A DNA stretch of 64,000 bases, taken from contig CAVXZB010000048.1 in assembly GCA_963765895.1 (NCBI GenBank), forward strand, positions 64,001 to 128,000, read 5' to 3'. Shown piece by piece: positions 1 through 11,556 of the stretch (its first letter is position 1; each line of letters begins with the position of its first letter). The translations under genes and the position numbers were made by a program. This stretch comes from an uncultured Nitrososphaeraceae archaeon (lineage in GTDB: Archaea; Thermoproteota; Nitrososphaeria; Nitrososphaerales; Nitrososphaeraceae). Below the pieces are notes generated by a model that was given only the letters and a program-made list of their open reading frames with translations, made no database searches and was not told the DNA's origin.

Positions 1-161
1 GATTATGATCTTGACTTTATTATCTCGATGGTGGGAAGGGATAGATAACAATAATAACACTGGTATCTACATGAGTGAGAAGATCTACAATGTCGCTTTA
101 TAGTTTCGTTTGGAAAATGAAAGCCCAAGATGATCATCGTCAACAAGTGAGCTAATTCAAT

Positions 162-1328
162 TTAATTATGTTCGAATATTCTGCAAGAATATTCAGACAA
201 TTTTTTTAGAGCCTGAATTCTCTCATGTCTTTCTATTTCTGCACCTTCAATCGCAGACGCTAAATAGCTAATCGATCTATCGTAAGTCTTTCGCGCTATA
301 GGATATGGCACTCCATCCTTGCCGCCATGAGCAAAGTTAAATTTTACAGGATCTTGCCATGATGCTTTAGTTCCGTAAATTAATTCTCCAATTAATGACA
401 GAGATCTTACTGTAGCAGGACCAACTCCATGAATAGAAAGCAATTCTTCGTAATTTTGTGGGTGGATATCATAAATTCGTCTGAATAGATTCCAGTCCAA
501 CTTACGAGGCATCTTATAATGCTCAATTAAATTATTATTATCAATCTGTTGACTATTCAAAACTAACATTTCTGGAATTAGCCAAGTATCTAATGTATTT
601 CTTGTATCCGAAGTAAGTATGCTTGTTACTTTATGAACTGATGACCTTAGATTATCAATATTATCTGTTACCAAATCGACACAGATTCTTTGGTTCTCTT
701 TTGAATTAATTGATGTCATATTGAGAACATTAGAACTTTTATATTTACTTATGATTGCAGAATGTGGTTCTAAAATGAAACTCTTGATCTTATCGGAAAT
801 CCAGTGATACCTTCTTGCCATTCTATTAACTTGGTTCATACCTTGTTGAATGATTGCCCAATTCCCATTTTTGTCAAAAAAGATCACATGATGATATAAG
901 GAGTAACCATCTTGTACTGCTGCGTTGTCAATTTTTGCTGCCATTCTACTTGCATATAACAAATCATTAATCTTTACAGAAGATAGATTGTAGTGCTTTT
1001 CGGCAAGCTTTGGAATATCATTTTTGGTTGTTGTAGATTTCTTTCCTTTTCCTCCAGCAATAGAAATTCCATGTACATCTTCTTTCAATGCCTGATTTAG
1101 AACGCCTGTTACCACAGTTGTAACTCCAGACGAATGCCAATCAAACCCCAGTACACAACCAAAAGCCTGAAACCAAAGAGGATCAGATAACCTTCTCAAA
1201 AATTCCTGTTGTCCATATTCATCAATCATTACTTTTGCTATGGAATAAGAAAGCTTAATCATTCGTCTAATTAAGTACTGCGGAGCATGTCCTCCATGCA
1301 GGGGCAGATTAATAATGGAAGTTTTCAA
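162..1328 (-). CDS. DUF763 family protein
   Basis: Motifs LPLHGGHAP, FQAFGCVLGFDWHSSGVTT, AAVQDGYSLYHH, QQGMN and FAHGGKDGVPYP typical of DUF763. Confidence 0.85.
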   Translation of the reverse strand: MKTSIINLPLHGGHAPQYLIRRMIKLSYSIAKVMIDEYGQQEFLRRLSDPLWFQAFGCVLGFDWHSSGVTTVVTGVLNQALKEDVHGISIAGGKGKKSTTTKNDIPKLAEKHYNLSSVKINDLLYASRMAAKIDNAAVQDGYSLYHHVIFFDKNGNWAIIQQGMNQVNRMARRYHWISDKIKSFILEPHSAIISKYKSSNVLNMTSINSKENQRICVDLVTDNIDNLRSSVHKVTSILTSDTRNTLDTWLIPEMLVLNSQQIDNNNLIEHYKMPRKLDWNLFRRIYDIHPQNYEELLSIHGVGPATVRSLSLIGELIYGTKASWQDPVKFNFAHGGKDGVPYPIARKTYDRSISYLASAIEGAEIERHERIQALKKLSEYSCRIFEHN

Positions 1329-1595
1329 TGGTCATTTTATATAATGACATAATCTATATAATTATAGTTCCAGCTTCTAATCTGTCAGTATAAATTTTCT
1401 GAATTCGTCAATTGAGCGCGGATATAAAAGGATTGAAGGGGCTAATGCTTACAGTTTTTAGTCATAGAATATACTACTGAGGAGTTCAGTTAAGTCCGCT
1501 AATTGGGTAAATCGAGATCCAAGCAGTCTTTCCACATTACTCTTTGGGCTGAACTGTACTTATCTTGTCCTACTTTGCCCTATTCATTATGTCAA

Positions 1596-2193
1596 TTAAG
1601 CAGCTGGAATTGATGGTGGCCGCATAATTGATAATGATGAATTATCTGACGGTCGATGATTTGGTATAGTTGTACTACCAACTATCTCGAACTGCTGAGA
1701 TCCTTTAGGAAAACTGAAGATTATTGTTCTATCTAGCGTAGTTGAAGTCTCGTCAAGTGATTCTATGAGATTTCCATCTATTAGTACCTTAAAGTTGTTA
1801 TTAAATCCTATTAAAGATGTATTTGAATCCTATTAAAGATGTATTTGAATCCTCAGTATCGATTAAACCTCTAGGCAATTCCAAGGTAAATTTCCCTGGT
1901 GATGGTGAAGTAATATTTATAATGACTATTGAATTGTTTGCTAGTATCTCATTTAGTTTGTTACCAAAGCCAGTAATTTCATATTTCATAACATCGCCGG
2001 GCCTATTGGTTAGCACCCCTCCCTTCATCTGCTCCAGTTGATTTAAGGGCATAGGCGTAATTTGGTGTAGTGAAGAGTTTTGTAGGCCTAGTAGTAGGCG
2101 TAGACGTTGTAGGGAGGAGACAGCTCGATTAACAAATTGTGGTGGTGGTTTTTGCGGTATCGGTGTACTTGGATTATGCTGCAAGATCTGCAA
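1596..2193 (-). pseudogene. Disrupted secreted protein with the domain seen in thaumarchaeal PEFG-CTERM proteins
   Basis: ORF 1801..2193 (FTLELPRGLID) continues as FNNNFKVLIDG...RTIIFSFPKGSQQFEIVGS to a stop at 1596 once one copy of a 22-bp duplication is removed; paralogous to 15305..15817. Confidence 0.6.
1804..1847. repeat. 22-bp perfect tandem duplication (AATCCTATTAAAGATGTATTTG x2)
   Basis: Read directly at 1804-1825 and 1826-1847. Confidence 0.95.
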
Positions 2194-2883
2194 AGAGTCA
2201 GATCGAGCCGCGCGTGGTTAAATAGTCAAATGTTGTCCGATGTGTTGAACTAATTACATATTAACAGACTTAGTATAGTGATTCGCATAGACTAGCTGAT
2301 ACTATCTATAGATATCGTCAAGGAGTTGACAGATCTAAGGTTCATTACCCGTCATAATGGTTTTACCTATCAATAGAATCAGCTGGTCCTGAGTCAGTTT
2401 GGATTTTTAATAACTCTTTATTCGCAGTCGGATCGTTGTACATGATATTATGCTCTATTGGATCCGGATAAGTTCATTAATTTAGATATAATTTGCAACG
2501 TAAGTCTCCTGCTTTGTAGCAATTATTGGATAGTGTGGCACGAACATATGCCCTTACATTTTCCGGCCAAGCGTACATCATTATTGTAGTGATTTGGTGT
2601 GTATTGAAAGATTATGTTATACAATCGAATAGAATTCATGAACTCCGGGGTATCCCGGGCTATCTTCTATCCTAATGAAGAATATAGGTGTATGATAGTA
2701 TCGTAACACAATAGATAATGCAGTAGTTGTATTAGAATTCAATAATATCCCGGTTATTCTAGATTCGCGATCTTATGTCAAGAGGAAAGAGGGTTCATAT
2801 GGCAGTATAAAAACTCCCGTAGTTTCTTTAACTCCACTTATTAGTCTGGTTAAACTCATTTCATTGGTAAGATAGACTAAGGC

Positions 2884-3210
2884 TTGGTGCTAGAAGACAA
2901 AGATATACTACAAGTTGATGCCACAATAATTACAGGTATACTAATTATGCTTAGCATTACAGGCTTTATTGGATCTGGCGTTGGCAAGACCAGTTTTACA
3001 GGTCTGGCGAGCCTAGTCTCCATTATATTAATTCCGTTTAGTGTATCTGCAGTTTTGGTAGTTCAGTTAGAACGCATGAAGCCGTCTTATGTGCGCCGCG
3101 TCAAATCGATAAGTTTGACTCTTATGGAATTCGGGTTTGTTGCTCTTATTTTTCTATTTATATTATACTTCTTGTTCCCTCAAATCCAATTAGAGCTTCA
3201 TTTAAGATAA
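2884..3210 (+). CDS. Small membrane protein (about 3 TM)
   Basis: 108-aa ORF with three hydrophobic segments. Confidence 0.55.
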   Translation: MVLEDKDILQVDATIITGILIMLSITGFIGSGVGKTSFTGLASLVSIILIPFSVSAVLVVQLERMKPSYVRRVKSISLTLMEFGFVALIFLFILYFLFPQIQLELHLR

Positions 3211-3477
3211 ATATGAGGCTAAGTTTCGTCCCTTAATTTGAAGGGATTAAACCGGTTGATGGGTTAGGAAAGGCCCAACCAATAACCTATAGGAGATACA
3301 TGTGACCTAACCTGAATTGGTTCTATATCATCGGCAACCTCGATTTCATGACTTATGGTCTATGCATAATGACCAGAATAATATACCTGACGGGGTTATA
3401 GACCGTATATTATTAGGAATTTGGCACTCCTAATGATTGACATAGATAATGACTGGATTTATCCCAAGCTCAATTAA

Positions 3478-3882
3478 CTAATAGATCCATTCCCAATTTC
3501 TGGCAGAAGTATTGCCAATTCCATTTACTTCATATTCAAAGACTGCCACAATATTGTTAATAAAAGCAAGGCTTCCGCTTGAATCAGTATGATATATTAC
3601 TGAGCCACGAAATCTTATTACATGTGGAGTGGTAAAGCGTCCAAGGCCTTGCGCAATCCATGTTGCAATTTGACCATCTATAGTTGTTAAAACACCTTGT
3701 CCTTGTCCATACAAAGCTCCATCCGGCCTTGGAATACTCAAATAAGTTCCCAAGTCTGTAACTGCTATAGTTCGGAATGTTCCCTCAGCGGAGAAAGTGC
3801 TTTCTATTTTAGGTCCTTCAGCATCAACTATCCGCTGACCGATAATACGGCCAACCTCTTGTCCTAATTCTGCGCCTAGCAT
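3478..3882 (-). CDS. Conserved hypothetical beta-rich protein
   Basis: Likely start MLGAELGQE (ATG at 3882); motifs RPDGALYGQGQG, FRGSVIY and VAVFEYEV, W-rich C-terminus; the upstream extension in the ORF track looks non-coding. Confidence 0.7.
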   Translation of the reverse strand: MLGAELGQEVGRIIGQRIVDAEGPKIESTFSAEGTFRTIAVTDLGTYLSIPRPDGALYGQGQGVLTTIDGQIATWIAQGLGRFTTPHVIRFRGSVIYHTDSSGSLAFINNIVAVFEYEVNGIGNTSARNWEWIY

Positions 3883-4306
3883 ACTATAATTATCATGAGT
3901 TTTGACTATTAAGATATTGTAAGCTATTCTAGGAATTTCTGATCTGTAATTATAATAAATTAGCATCCTTGCTACTACTGTTATTCTTAGCATTGTACAT
4001 AAGCTACTAGTGTAAACCAAAAAGTAGCAATTAAGGGAGTAAATTTCTTTCATCTATGGTTTCTCAAGTATCATAAATATCAATTACCTATAGTTTGCTA
4101 CAGATTGGCATGTCCTACACATTACTGTTCCTATTACACTATTGAAATTCAAAATTGAAAGTGTCTGGACTGGCGCATTGACTAATTGTCTGGAAATACA
4201 ATCAACGATTACGATAGTAATAAAATATCTCGCTAAATCCTTTACTAATACCCTCACGACCATTTCTTAGGACAACTCTGCATAGTATAGATACTTAGCA
4301 TCATGA

Positions 4307-4600
4307 TCACAAATTCCTAAGTATCGTGGCAGTTTGCTCAGCTGTAAATGCCTTGAGAGTCATAGTCGTAGAACTGCCCTGTTGGCTTTCATATGATAAT
4401 AGACTTGACATAATTGTTGCATCATCAGGAGCCTCTACAATGGATACACCATCATATTGTCCCAATGTATAGTATGTGCTAACCAACTTCCCTCCTGCTT
4501 TCTCTATACTGTTTTTAAAAGTTTCAGAACGTTTTGCAGAATCCTTCACAGTCCTTATTCCTTGTTCTGTGAACTTCCATAGAATAATGAAGTGAGCCAT
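4307..4600 (-). CDS. GYD domain protein
   Basis: FTEQG, YYTLGQYD, VEAPDD and TLKAF signature. Confidence 0.9.
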   Translation of the reverse strand: MAHFIILWKFTEQGIRTVKDSAKRSETFKNSIEKAGGKLVSTYYTLGQYDGVSIVEAPDDATIMSSLLSYESQQGSSTTMTLKAFTAEQTATILRNL

Positions 4601-4855
4601 CTTTCTTTTTGGAAATCATTGTCAATTTGATATATATACCTATCTTGGTACTGTATTCAATGATGGTATAGTGTTTGTCTGATGCAACAGGTCTAGAGTG
4701 AAGATAGAGCGCAAGCAGCACCATCACCATATATGCGCTAAAAGAAGTATTTGCTATTTCTAATCCGGATTCATAGTCACTAAACTATGAATAGAGTCTA
4801 GCTGCAAATCCAATCCACTTCAGACGAAGATTTCAACCTAATTACATACGTGATT

Positions 4856-5732
4856 TCAGTATGCCAAAGATGGAAGAAAAGGCAGTCGTGGTTCTTGGTA
4901 AGGACCAATCGTCATGAGATTTGCAGGCCAACCTATTTGGAAGCGATTTTCAAGTAGCCAGTTAATTATCTCATGATTCCGGCCAGGTACTAAGAAGCCA
5001 GGACCAAGAATTGTAGAAGCATTAGCAATCAATGTCTTTAGATCATCATTTGATTTAGCAACCGCATGACATAGTATTCCTATACCTGCTGCGTAGCCAG
5101 TGACAGCACCATCTTGTTCTATCATAAATGCTACTCCTTGGTCTATTGCCTGGCGTAATTCCATTTCCCGTGAAAATCCATATGCTGAATTACAAAGCTC
5201 GTTGCACAAGGAAATATCATTATCATCTAGAACTAGGCGCGCGTTGCGATTGCTTGCATGATTGATTTCGCTTTTTAGTGGTTGCCCTTGCATCAAAAAT
5301 AAAGGTTCACGTAGAATGAATCCGCACTTTGTATACAATACGAAGGAACGAATATGACTCGGCGATTGTACTAACATAATCTGGTTATGGTTATGTCTAT
5401 GAGCTTGAATAAGTGGCAGCATCCATCAATTTTCTACCTATACCGCCACCCTCAGCAGTAGGATGGACTGTAAGCGGGCCTATGACAGCCACAGGCGAAG
5501 GCGGAAATTCATGGAGGAATACGCTTCCTAATATCTTGCCTTGACGCTCTGCTAAAACTCCCCATGAATTCGGATTACCAAGAAGCATTCTGATAAGCTC
5601 TATACCAAACTCCTCAGAAGGCTGCTCTGAGGGATAACCATGGGCTGAAGAAATGGTCTTGTGCGCTTCGTACCCGATCATGCCGCAGGATTCTACATCA
5701 TTCTGTTCAATGGGCCGTATAGTTAAACTCAA
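4856..5732 (-). CDS. GNAT family N-acetyltransferase (frameshift near 5405)
   Basis: Two overlapping ORFs; acetyl-CoA motif GPLTVHPTAEGGGIGRKLM, then SFVLYTKCGF in the second ORF. Confidence 0.8.
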
Positions 5733-5839
5733 TTACAAATTACTAGCAATTGATCTCTAATATTAAAAGTAAATTTGGTACGAAGACAAACTTTCATTAA
5801 CCTTATCTTGGATCGATAGAATGTCAAATATGTTCTGAG

Positions 5840-5960
5840 ACCCTCATCGTCAAAAACATTTTCTAATATTATAAGGTATTGTGCTAGGATATGCCGTATA
5901 ACGTATTTTCTGTACTCATCTATCGGAGTTTTCACTAGTTTTTCTGTCCATCCAAATCTT
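5840..5960 (-). pseudogene. Fragment resembling a PriX-like (primase non-catalytic) domain
   Basis: Frame reads GWTEKLVKTPIDEYRKYVIRHILAQYLI, matching the WIEKLLxTPIxDYRK..I..ILAPYL pattern; no intact gene. Confidence 0.45.
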
Positions 5961-6147
5961 AGAAGTTGTAGTCAGGGGCGCGCACCTCATGGTAGACATC
6001 TACAAAAATTTTACCATCATACACAGGCGTGTCACTATAGGAGTGGAACAAACCAATTAACAAGTTTTTAGATAGATATTATCAGATTAATAGCATTACA
6101 AATTCTCATCTAGCGGTGATAAAGTAACAAGCTCATTTTTTAAAATT

Positions 6148-6513
6148 ATGGACAACAAAAATCTTACAATCGTTGCTATTTCAATATTAGCATCATTGTT
6201 AGCAGGTTGTGTGTTTATGTCTTCAGAGATCGCATTTGCATGTGGACATCACCATTCTGAATCCATTCGGCAAACAGCTACACAGACTAATGCTTGTGGA
6301 AACGGAATCATGTCGTTAGACATTAATTGTCAAAATATAGGCCACCAGATTAACGGAGATCATAATGCAGACAATATGACAGGCATTCGGCCAAGTAGTA
6401 TCTTCGGTGGGTTTGATCATGGTAATGACGGCCATAATGGTCATAATGATCAGGGTAGCAGCCCAAGTGATTATATCCCCGTTGGTAATCCAATCACAGG
6501 TGCTGATCCCTAA
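6148..6513 (+). CDS. Secreted His/Asn/Gly-rich small protein
   Basis: Signal peptide ending AFA, QxxxQxNxC motif, H/D/N-rich tail. Confidence 0.7.
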   Translation: MDNKNLTIVAISILASLLAGCVFMSSEIAFACGHHHSESIRQTATQTNACGNGIMSLDINCQNIGHQINGDHNADNMTGIRPSSIFGGFDHGNDGHNGHNDQGSSPSDYIPVGNPITGADP

Positions 6514-6849
6514 GAATTCTTATAAAGAAGGTGCAGAAAATATAATTTTAGCGGATTCAAGATTTAATCCTGCAAGAACGAATGAACATATCAACAATCA
6601 ACAAGTTTGAATCGCATGATATGTAACTTTAATAAATATGACATAGGATAGACGGCTAAGTCGCCGAGAAGCGAGCGCGCGCCTACCTGTACAAGGGATC
6701 AAGCAGGTCTCTCTTAGGACAGATAAGTGCTAGCCATAAACAAATAGCGAACACTTTCACGAAGCAACATCTAGTACATTCCAGTGAATATACAATCCCC
6801 TCCGCCTCTCCCTTTGTGACAGTGTTGTTAAAAAGAAAGCAGACTTAAG

Positions 6850-7140
6850 ATGTTACTCGAAGTGTCCCAAAATGAACAAAATGAAAATGGCAACGACGAT
6901 ATCTTAGCTAAAGAGATCGAATCATGGAAAGACTTTAGGTATGCTCTAAGGGAAGAAAATGCAGTTCTATTTAATAAGATGCTTTCTGAGAGTGTGCACA
7001 ATAGAGGCTACGTCAAAGCTGCTATCTCCAAATGCGAAAACTATTCGGCTGAATCATTATTTATGCTCTTAATATTGCAGCAGCAAAAGATGATAAATGA
7101 ATTGATAGCCAAAGTATCCAAATTTAGTTACCCCTTATAA
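6850..7140 (+). CDS. Small helical protein resembling the PolB2-associated family
   Basis: KEIESWKDFRYALREEN..LFNKML and ESLFMLLILQQQKMI pattern. Confidence 0.6.
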   Translation: MLLEVSQNEQNENGNDDILAKEIESWKDFRYALREENAVLFNKMLSESVHNRGYVKAAISKCENYSAESLFMLLILQQQKMINELIAKVSKFSYPL

Positions 7141-7761
7141 TGCAATTTAGACTAGATGTATAAGAAACTGGCGCGCCTTATGATAGATTTGCACATAACT
7201 TACGCCATACTTCAAATTTTCTATAGTCATCTAACGGTGTTTACAATAACTTCTCAATCCACTAGATTTTAGTAGAATTCGTGGTCCAGGCGCGCGATTT
7301 ATTGAATTGTTCAAGTTATTCATCTATGAGCCATCTTCCAAATTGGTTTACTAGCTACAAGAAGATAATGAAATGAAGACATGAAACTAGTTTAGACTGC
7401 TTAGAGCCAAATGCCGGCAAAGCAAAGTATAATCATACACAATCATATCAAACTGAACCCCATTTACTACTTGAAGATATCTACGTCAAACATGATATAA
7501 GATGAGAGACACGTACACAGATATTCACTGTGTCGCATTGCTCGCATATTGTACAAGACGCTGAAGATCGGGGGAGTTCTGAGCAGTGTTTAAATCAACT
7601 ATTCCATCACATCCGATGGAAGGACCAAGAGAAAAGTTTTGTTCACTTGCGACTGCTTAAGTATAAAACGTCATGGTTTAGCTGCGATAAATAATCTATT
7701 TCATAGCTATGTGAGATCGATATGATGTGGAATCGAAGTTTGCGATATGGAGATCAAATAT

Positions 7762-7944
7762 TCATTTTACTGTTAAATGGTACCTTAAATCATTTGCGTA
7801 GCCTGTAGGGTCAACCTCTGACGGTGGAGTGCTCCCACTAACATGAACTGTATGAGATCCTAGAGACAAGGGCTTTAACATAACATACCAGCCGTCAGCA
7901 CGTGAGATGGCTGGGCCTCCTCCAGCTACCGGAAAAACAGACAC
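7762..7944 (-). pseudogene. C-terminal fragment of a thaumarchaeal secreted protein family
   Basis: ADGWYVMLKPLSLGSHTVHVSG...YANDLRYHLTVK is a typical C-terminus; no N-terminal part found. Confidence 0.5.
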
Positions 7945-8109
7945 CTTAGCCAGAGGATATACAACATTTTGGGCAAGTTATCAGGATTATACAGCGATGG
8001 GAAGGTCAAAGACCTGCAATAAATTATCTATTGCGCGATTTCAGAAGGTGGCTCATTAATGAAAAGATGAAGCAGAGGTTAACAGATAATAGGAAGGTGC
8101 GCGGTCAGA

Positions 8110-8313
8110 TCATTTCCTTTATGTATATATTGGTATTTTTTATAAAATTTGTCTACATATAGGCTTTGAATTCTTGCAACTTCATCAATTTCTCCTCTAT
8201 CCAACCAGACACCTTTACATGTTGGATAAAGATCAACTTCTACACTTATCTATGTATTAATTGCATTTGATTTAGGCAATTTGGACATTGCGATTCTTAA
8301 TAACCGATATCAA
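8110..8313 (-). pseudogene. Degraded zf-TFIIB-type zinc ribbon protein
   Basis: Frames read QCPNCLNQM and VEVDLYPTCKGVWLDRGEIDEV, separated by a stop or frameshift. Confidence 0.55.
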
Positions 8314-9250
8314 ATACTTTTGAATATCATTTAATTATAACGTTTACTTTGTAATACAGAGTCGTGCATTCAACAGACATTATTCAATATAAATGATATT
8401 TTATTACTATGTAATTTGATAGGTACTGCTCATAGATATAAGGTTTAGGTTTTATCAATTTGCTAACTGTTGTACGTCTAGTCATAGGGGGCATGATAGA
8501 TATATACATGCACACTTCTGCTATTAGGAATTGCATTTCTGGATGAATCCTTAATCTTTAACGCTAACAGGCAATCTGTTAGTTGAAAGTGACCTATCAG
8601 CGATTGGCGTTTTGTTTAACTTTAACGTAGTTACCTATTATTCTAACCTTAGCATATAGCGGGAAGATAAGGGAAAATGTCTAGCCATTCTTCAAAATCT
8701 CCATATCAACCAGGATAGTTTTTCTTCATAGTTTCTTTTATTATAGGGGGAATATAATTTTGAGTTGATCTCTTAATCGTCAATTCTATTCTGTAATCAA
8801 TAAAATCATTTACATAAGGATTAGTTTCCTGAGGGTATATTATCATTATTATCAAAGTTACTTGTTTCCCTATTTATCATAACATTTTAGTATGACCTTA
8901 AATAAGGGTGATTCACAAAATCTATTAGGTTATTCAAGAATTCAAGAAATATTTTTCTGATTGCATTGTAATTTGCGATATCCGACGCTAATTCTATGTG
9001 ATACGAAAATTCAGATTGAATATTCTATTTATAGCATGGGAGATAACTGGGATTACCAACACCTGTACTTAACCTTAATATAGTTCACAAATTAAAAATT
9101 TGCTGCTATTATTACTAGATTAGTTTTCCTGTGCTCTTCTCTAGCTCTTCAGAAATCTAGCAATATATTTAATTGGATCAAGATAACAACAAATTAAGCA
9201 GTTAACTAACACGTCTACAATGCAACACACTGAAAACATGTTTGTAAAAT

Positions 9251-10282
9251 ATGATGACATACTTGATCTATATATTAATGGACATTATTTCCAATATTAC
9301 TATTATTAGTGGTAGTGATCACTATTCTATCTTGTGGATAATTTTCAGTATCATGATTGGAATCGCGTTAGCAGTAGATTTCGGTCTTTATAATAATATC
9401 AAATCTTTGATAAAGCGAAAACAAGGATCGAGTCAGCAGCAAACATTCAAGCATGCGCTCATATGGACAATTATTTGGATTTCTCTTGCAACAATATTTG
9501 CTGGAATAATATTTGTTACAGTTGGACATGATAAAGCAGTACTTTTTGTAACAGGATATATCATAGAAAAATCCTTAAGTATAGATAACATGTTTATCTT
9601 CCTATTAATATTTTCATTTCTAGCTATTCCTTATACATATCAATATAAGGTTTTGATGGTGGGTATACTAAGTGCAATTCTAATGAGAATATTCCTTATT
9701 TTGGCGGGAGTGTCACTACTTGAAAACTTTCATTTCATGATATACGTATTTGGAGGATTATTACTGTTTACTGCAATACGCATGCTCATACAGATAAGGA
9801 AAAGAGATGAAAAGATAGAAATTGAAAAAAATATTGCGGTCAGATTGATGAAAAAAGTTTTTCCAGTATCTTTTCAATTAAATGGAGACAAGTTCTTTGT
9901 CAGAAAAGATGGAATTATGTATGCCACTTCTATGATGATTGCTCTTGTAATAGTAGAAATGACTGATTTAATTTTTGCTCTAGATTCTATTCCTGCGATT
10001 TTGGCTATAACTTCAGATTCATTTATAGTAATAACATCGAATATATTTGCAATTTTGGGTTTACGAAGTTTGTATTTTCTGCTTGCAGGTATGATGAACA
10101 AGTTTTATTATTTAAAGTACGGTCTTATTGCAATATTACTTTTTGTTGGTGTGAAGATGAGTCTAACAGGATTTATTGAATTTCCCATTACGCTATCTCT
10201 AATAGTAATATTCGGAATATTGACTTTTACACTTGGACTATCTTTCATTAAAACTAGAAGAATATTAAAACAGACAATTTGA
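9251..10282 (+). CDS. TerC/Alx family membrane protein
   Basis: GYIIEKSLSIDNMFIF, EMTDLIFALDSIPA and SNIFAILGLRSLYF motifs; start may be a few codons downstream. Confidence 0.92.
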   Translation: MMTYLIYILMDIISNITIISGSDHYSILWIIFSIMIGIALAVDFGLYNNIKSLIKRKQGSSQQQTFKHALIWTIIWISLATIFAGIIFVTVGHDKAVLFVTGYIIEKSLSIDNMFIFLLIFSFLAIPYTYQYKVLMVGILSAILMRIFLILAGVSLLENFHFMIYVFGGLLLFTAIRMLIQIRKRDEKIEIEKNIAVRLMKKVFPVSFQLNGDKFFVRKDGIMYATSMMIALVIVEMTDLIFALDSIPAILAITSDSFIVITSNIFAILGLRSLYFLLAGMMNKFYYLKYGLIAILLFVGVKMSLTGFIEFPITLSLIVIFGILTFTLGLSFIKTRRILKQTI

Positions 10283-10828
10283 TAGAGTCATATGACATGT
10301 AAATATATGAACAATAAGAAGGAATTAACACATCTTAATCAATTTCTCTTTTAATCTTTTCTTCCGGCTAGTAATGATCATTTCTACAATATATTATTGT
10401 TTAAACTTTTGGGTGATATGAAATACTCTACACATTATGTGCTATAGATTAATAAACTTATAGCTAAGACTTATAAGAAATAGTGATTGAACATCTGAGG
10501 ATATTATGTTATGTTATCTACTTCTATTGTAGTAATTATCTATTCTGTTCTCTTTATGTGACGGACGGATTATCTTCGATAAGTTTAGTTGAATAAGTTT
10601 CAGAACTGGTTTGTAGTATCATAATAGAAATTAAAGATTAGGGTCGGCCAAGTATGAAAAAGCTTTTTAGTAGGCCTATTTGTTGCCCATCATCTACAAT
10701 CAACATAGCATAAATCAAATTAAATCAATTTTGGCTGTTTTTGTAGGTCTATGCTTGACTTTTTAAAAAATAAAATTGCAAAATTTTTAATTCACTATCA
10801 GAAGAGAAGTAGATGTACAATAGGTATA

Positions 10829-11434
10829 TCAGCTAATATTTGAAATTCCAAATGAATCAATTGTTTGAAGCATTATTGGCAATATCTTTGTAAATGTTAT
10901 TGGATCAGCGCTAAAAGTGACAATGTAACCATATTTAATTCCCCTATGTTCTAGCCCGAATGTTCCAAGTTCTAAACTCTTTTGGGAATATCCATGAAAG
11001 GTATCTGTAAAGAGTAACCCATATGCTTGTCTGCCAGCAAGTAGTGAATTAGCACTTGACATAACAATATTAAAGTCTTTGGTATTAGAATTCGACATCC
11101 TAATTTCCTTGTTATGATCTAGAAAAGATTGTAACGTTGCATTTACTGATTGAGGATATTGCCCTACTACAACTGACGCAAACTCATTACCTGTACTTTG
11201 AATTGGTGGCGTCATCAAAACTATGCCCTGAAAAGGAGATGGCGAATTATTACTAGATATATTACTAGCATTCCAGCTAGCTGGATATTGAATAACCACG
11301 CCATAAGTAGAATTATAATAAACTTTCATTGGTATCGTAATTGTTGAAATAGTCTGGCCATGTACCACAGATGTACTGACAATTAGTAATGTTGATAATA
11401 TAAAAGATCCAATGACCAGCAGAAATATAGTCAT
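10829..11434 (-). CDS. Secreted PsbP-like domain protein
   Basis: Signal peptide, YYNSTYGVVIQYPASW, LAGRQAY, GYIVTFSA and TIDSF. Confidence 0.7.
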   Translation of the reverse strand: MTIFLLVIGSFILSTLLIVSTSVVHGQTISTITIPMKVYYNSTYGVVIQYPASWNASNISSNNSPSPFQGIVLMTPPIQSTGNEFASVVVGQYPQSVNATLQSFLDHNKEIRMSNSNTKDFNIVMSSANSLLAGRQAYGLLFTDTFHGYSQKSLELGTFGLEHRGIKYGYIVTFSADPITFTKILPIMLQTIDSFGISNIS

Positions 11435-11556
11435 TTCTCATATATGATATCTTGGTGTTTATTAATTTTTGTATAAGTTAAATATTTGTTAGATCTATAT
11501 CAATTAGAAATTTGTTTGCTTAACATAGAAAATAGATATACTATTATATATACCTC

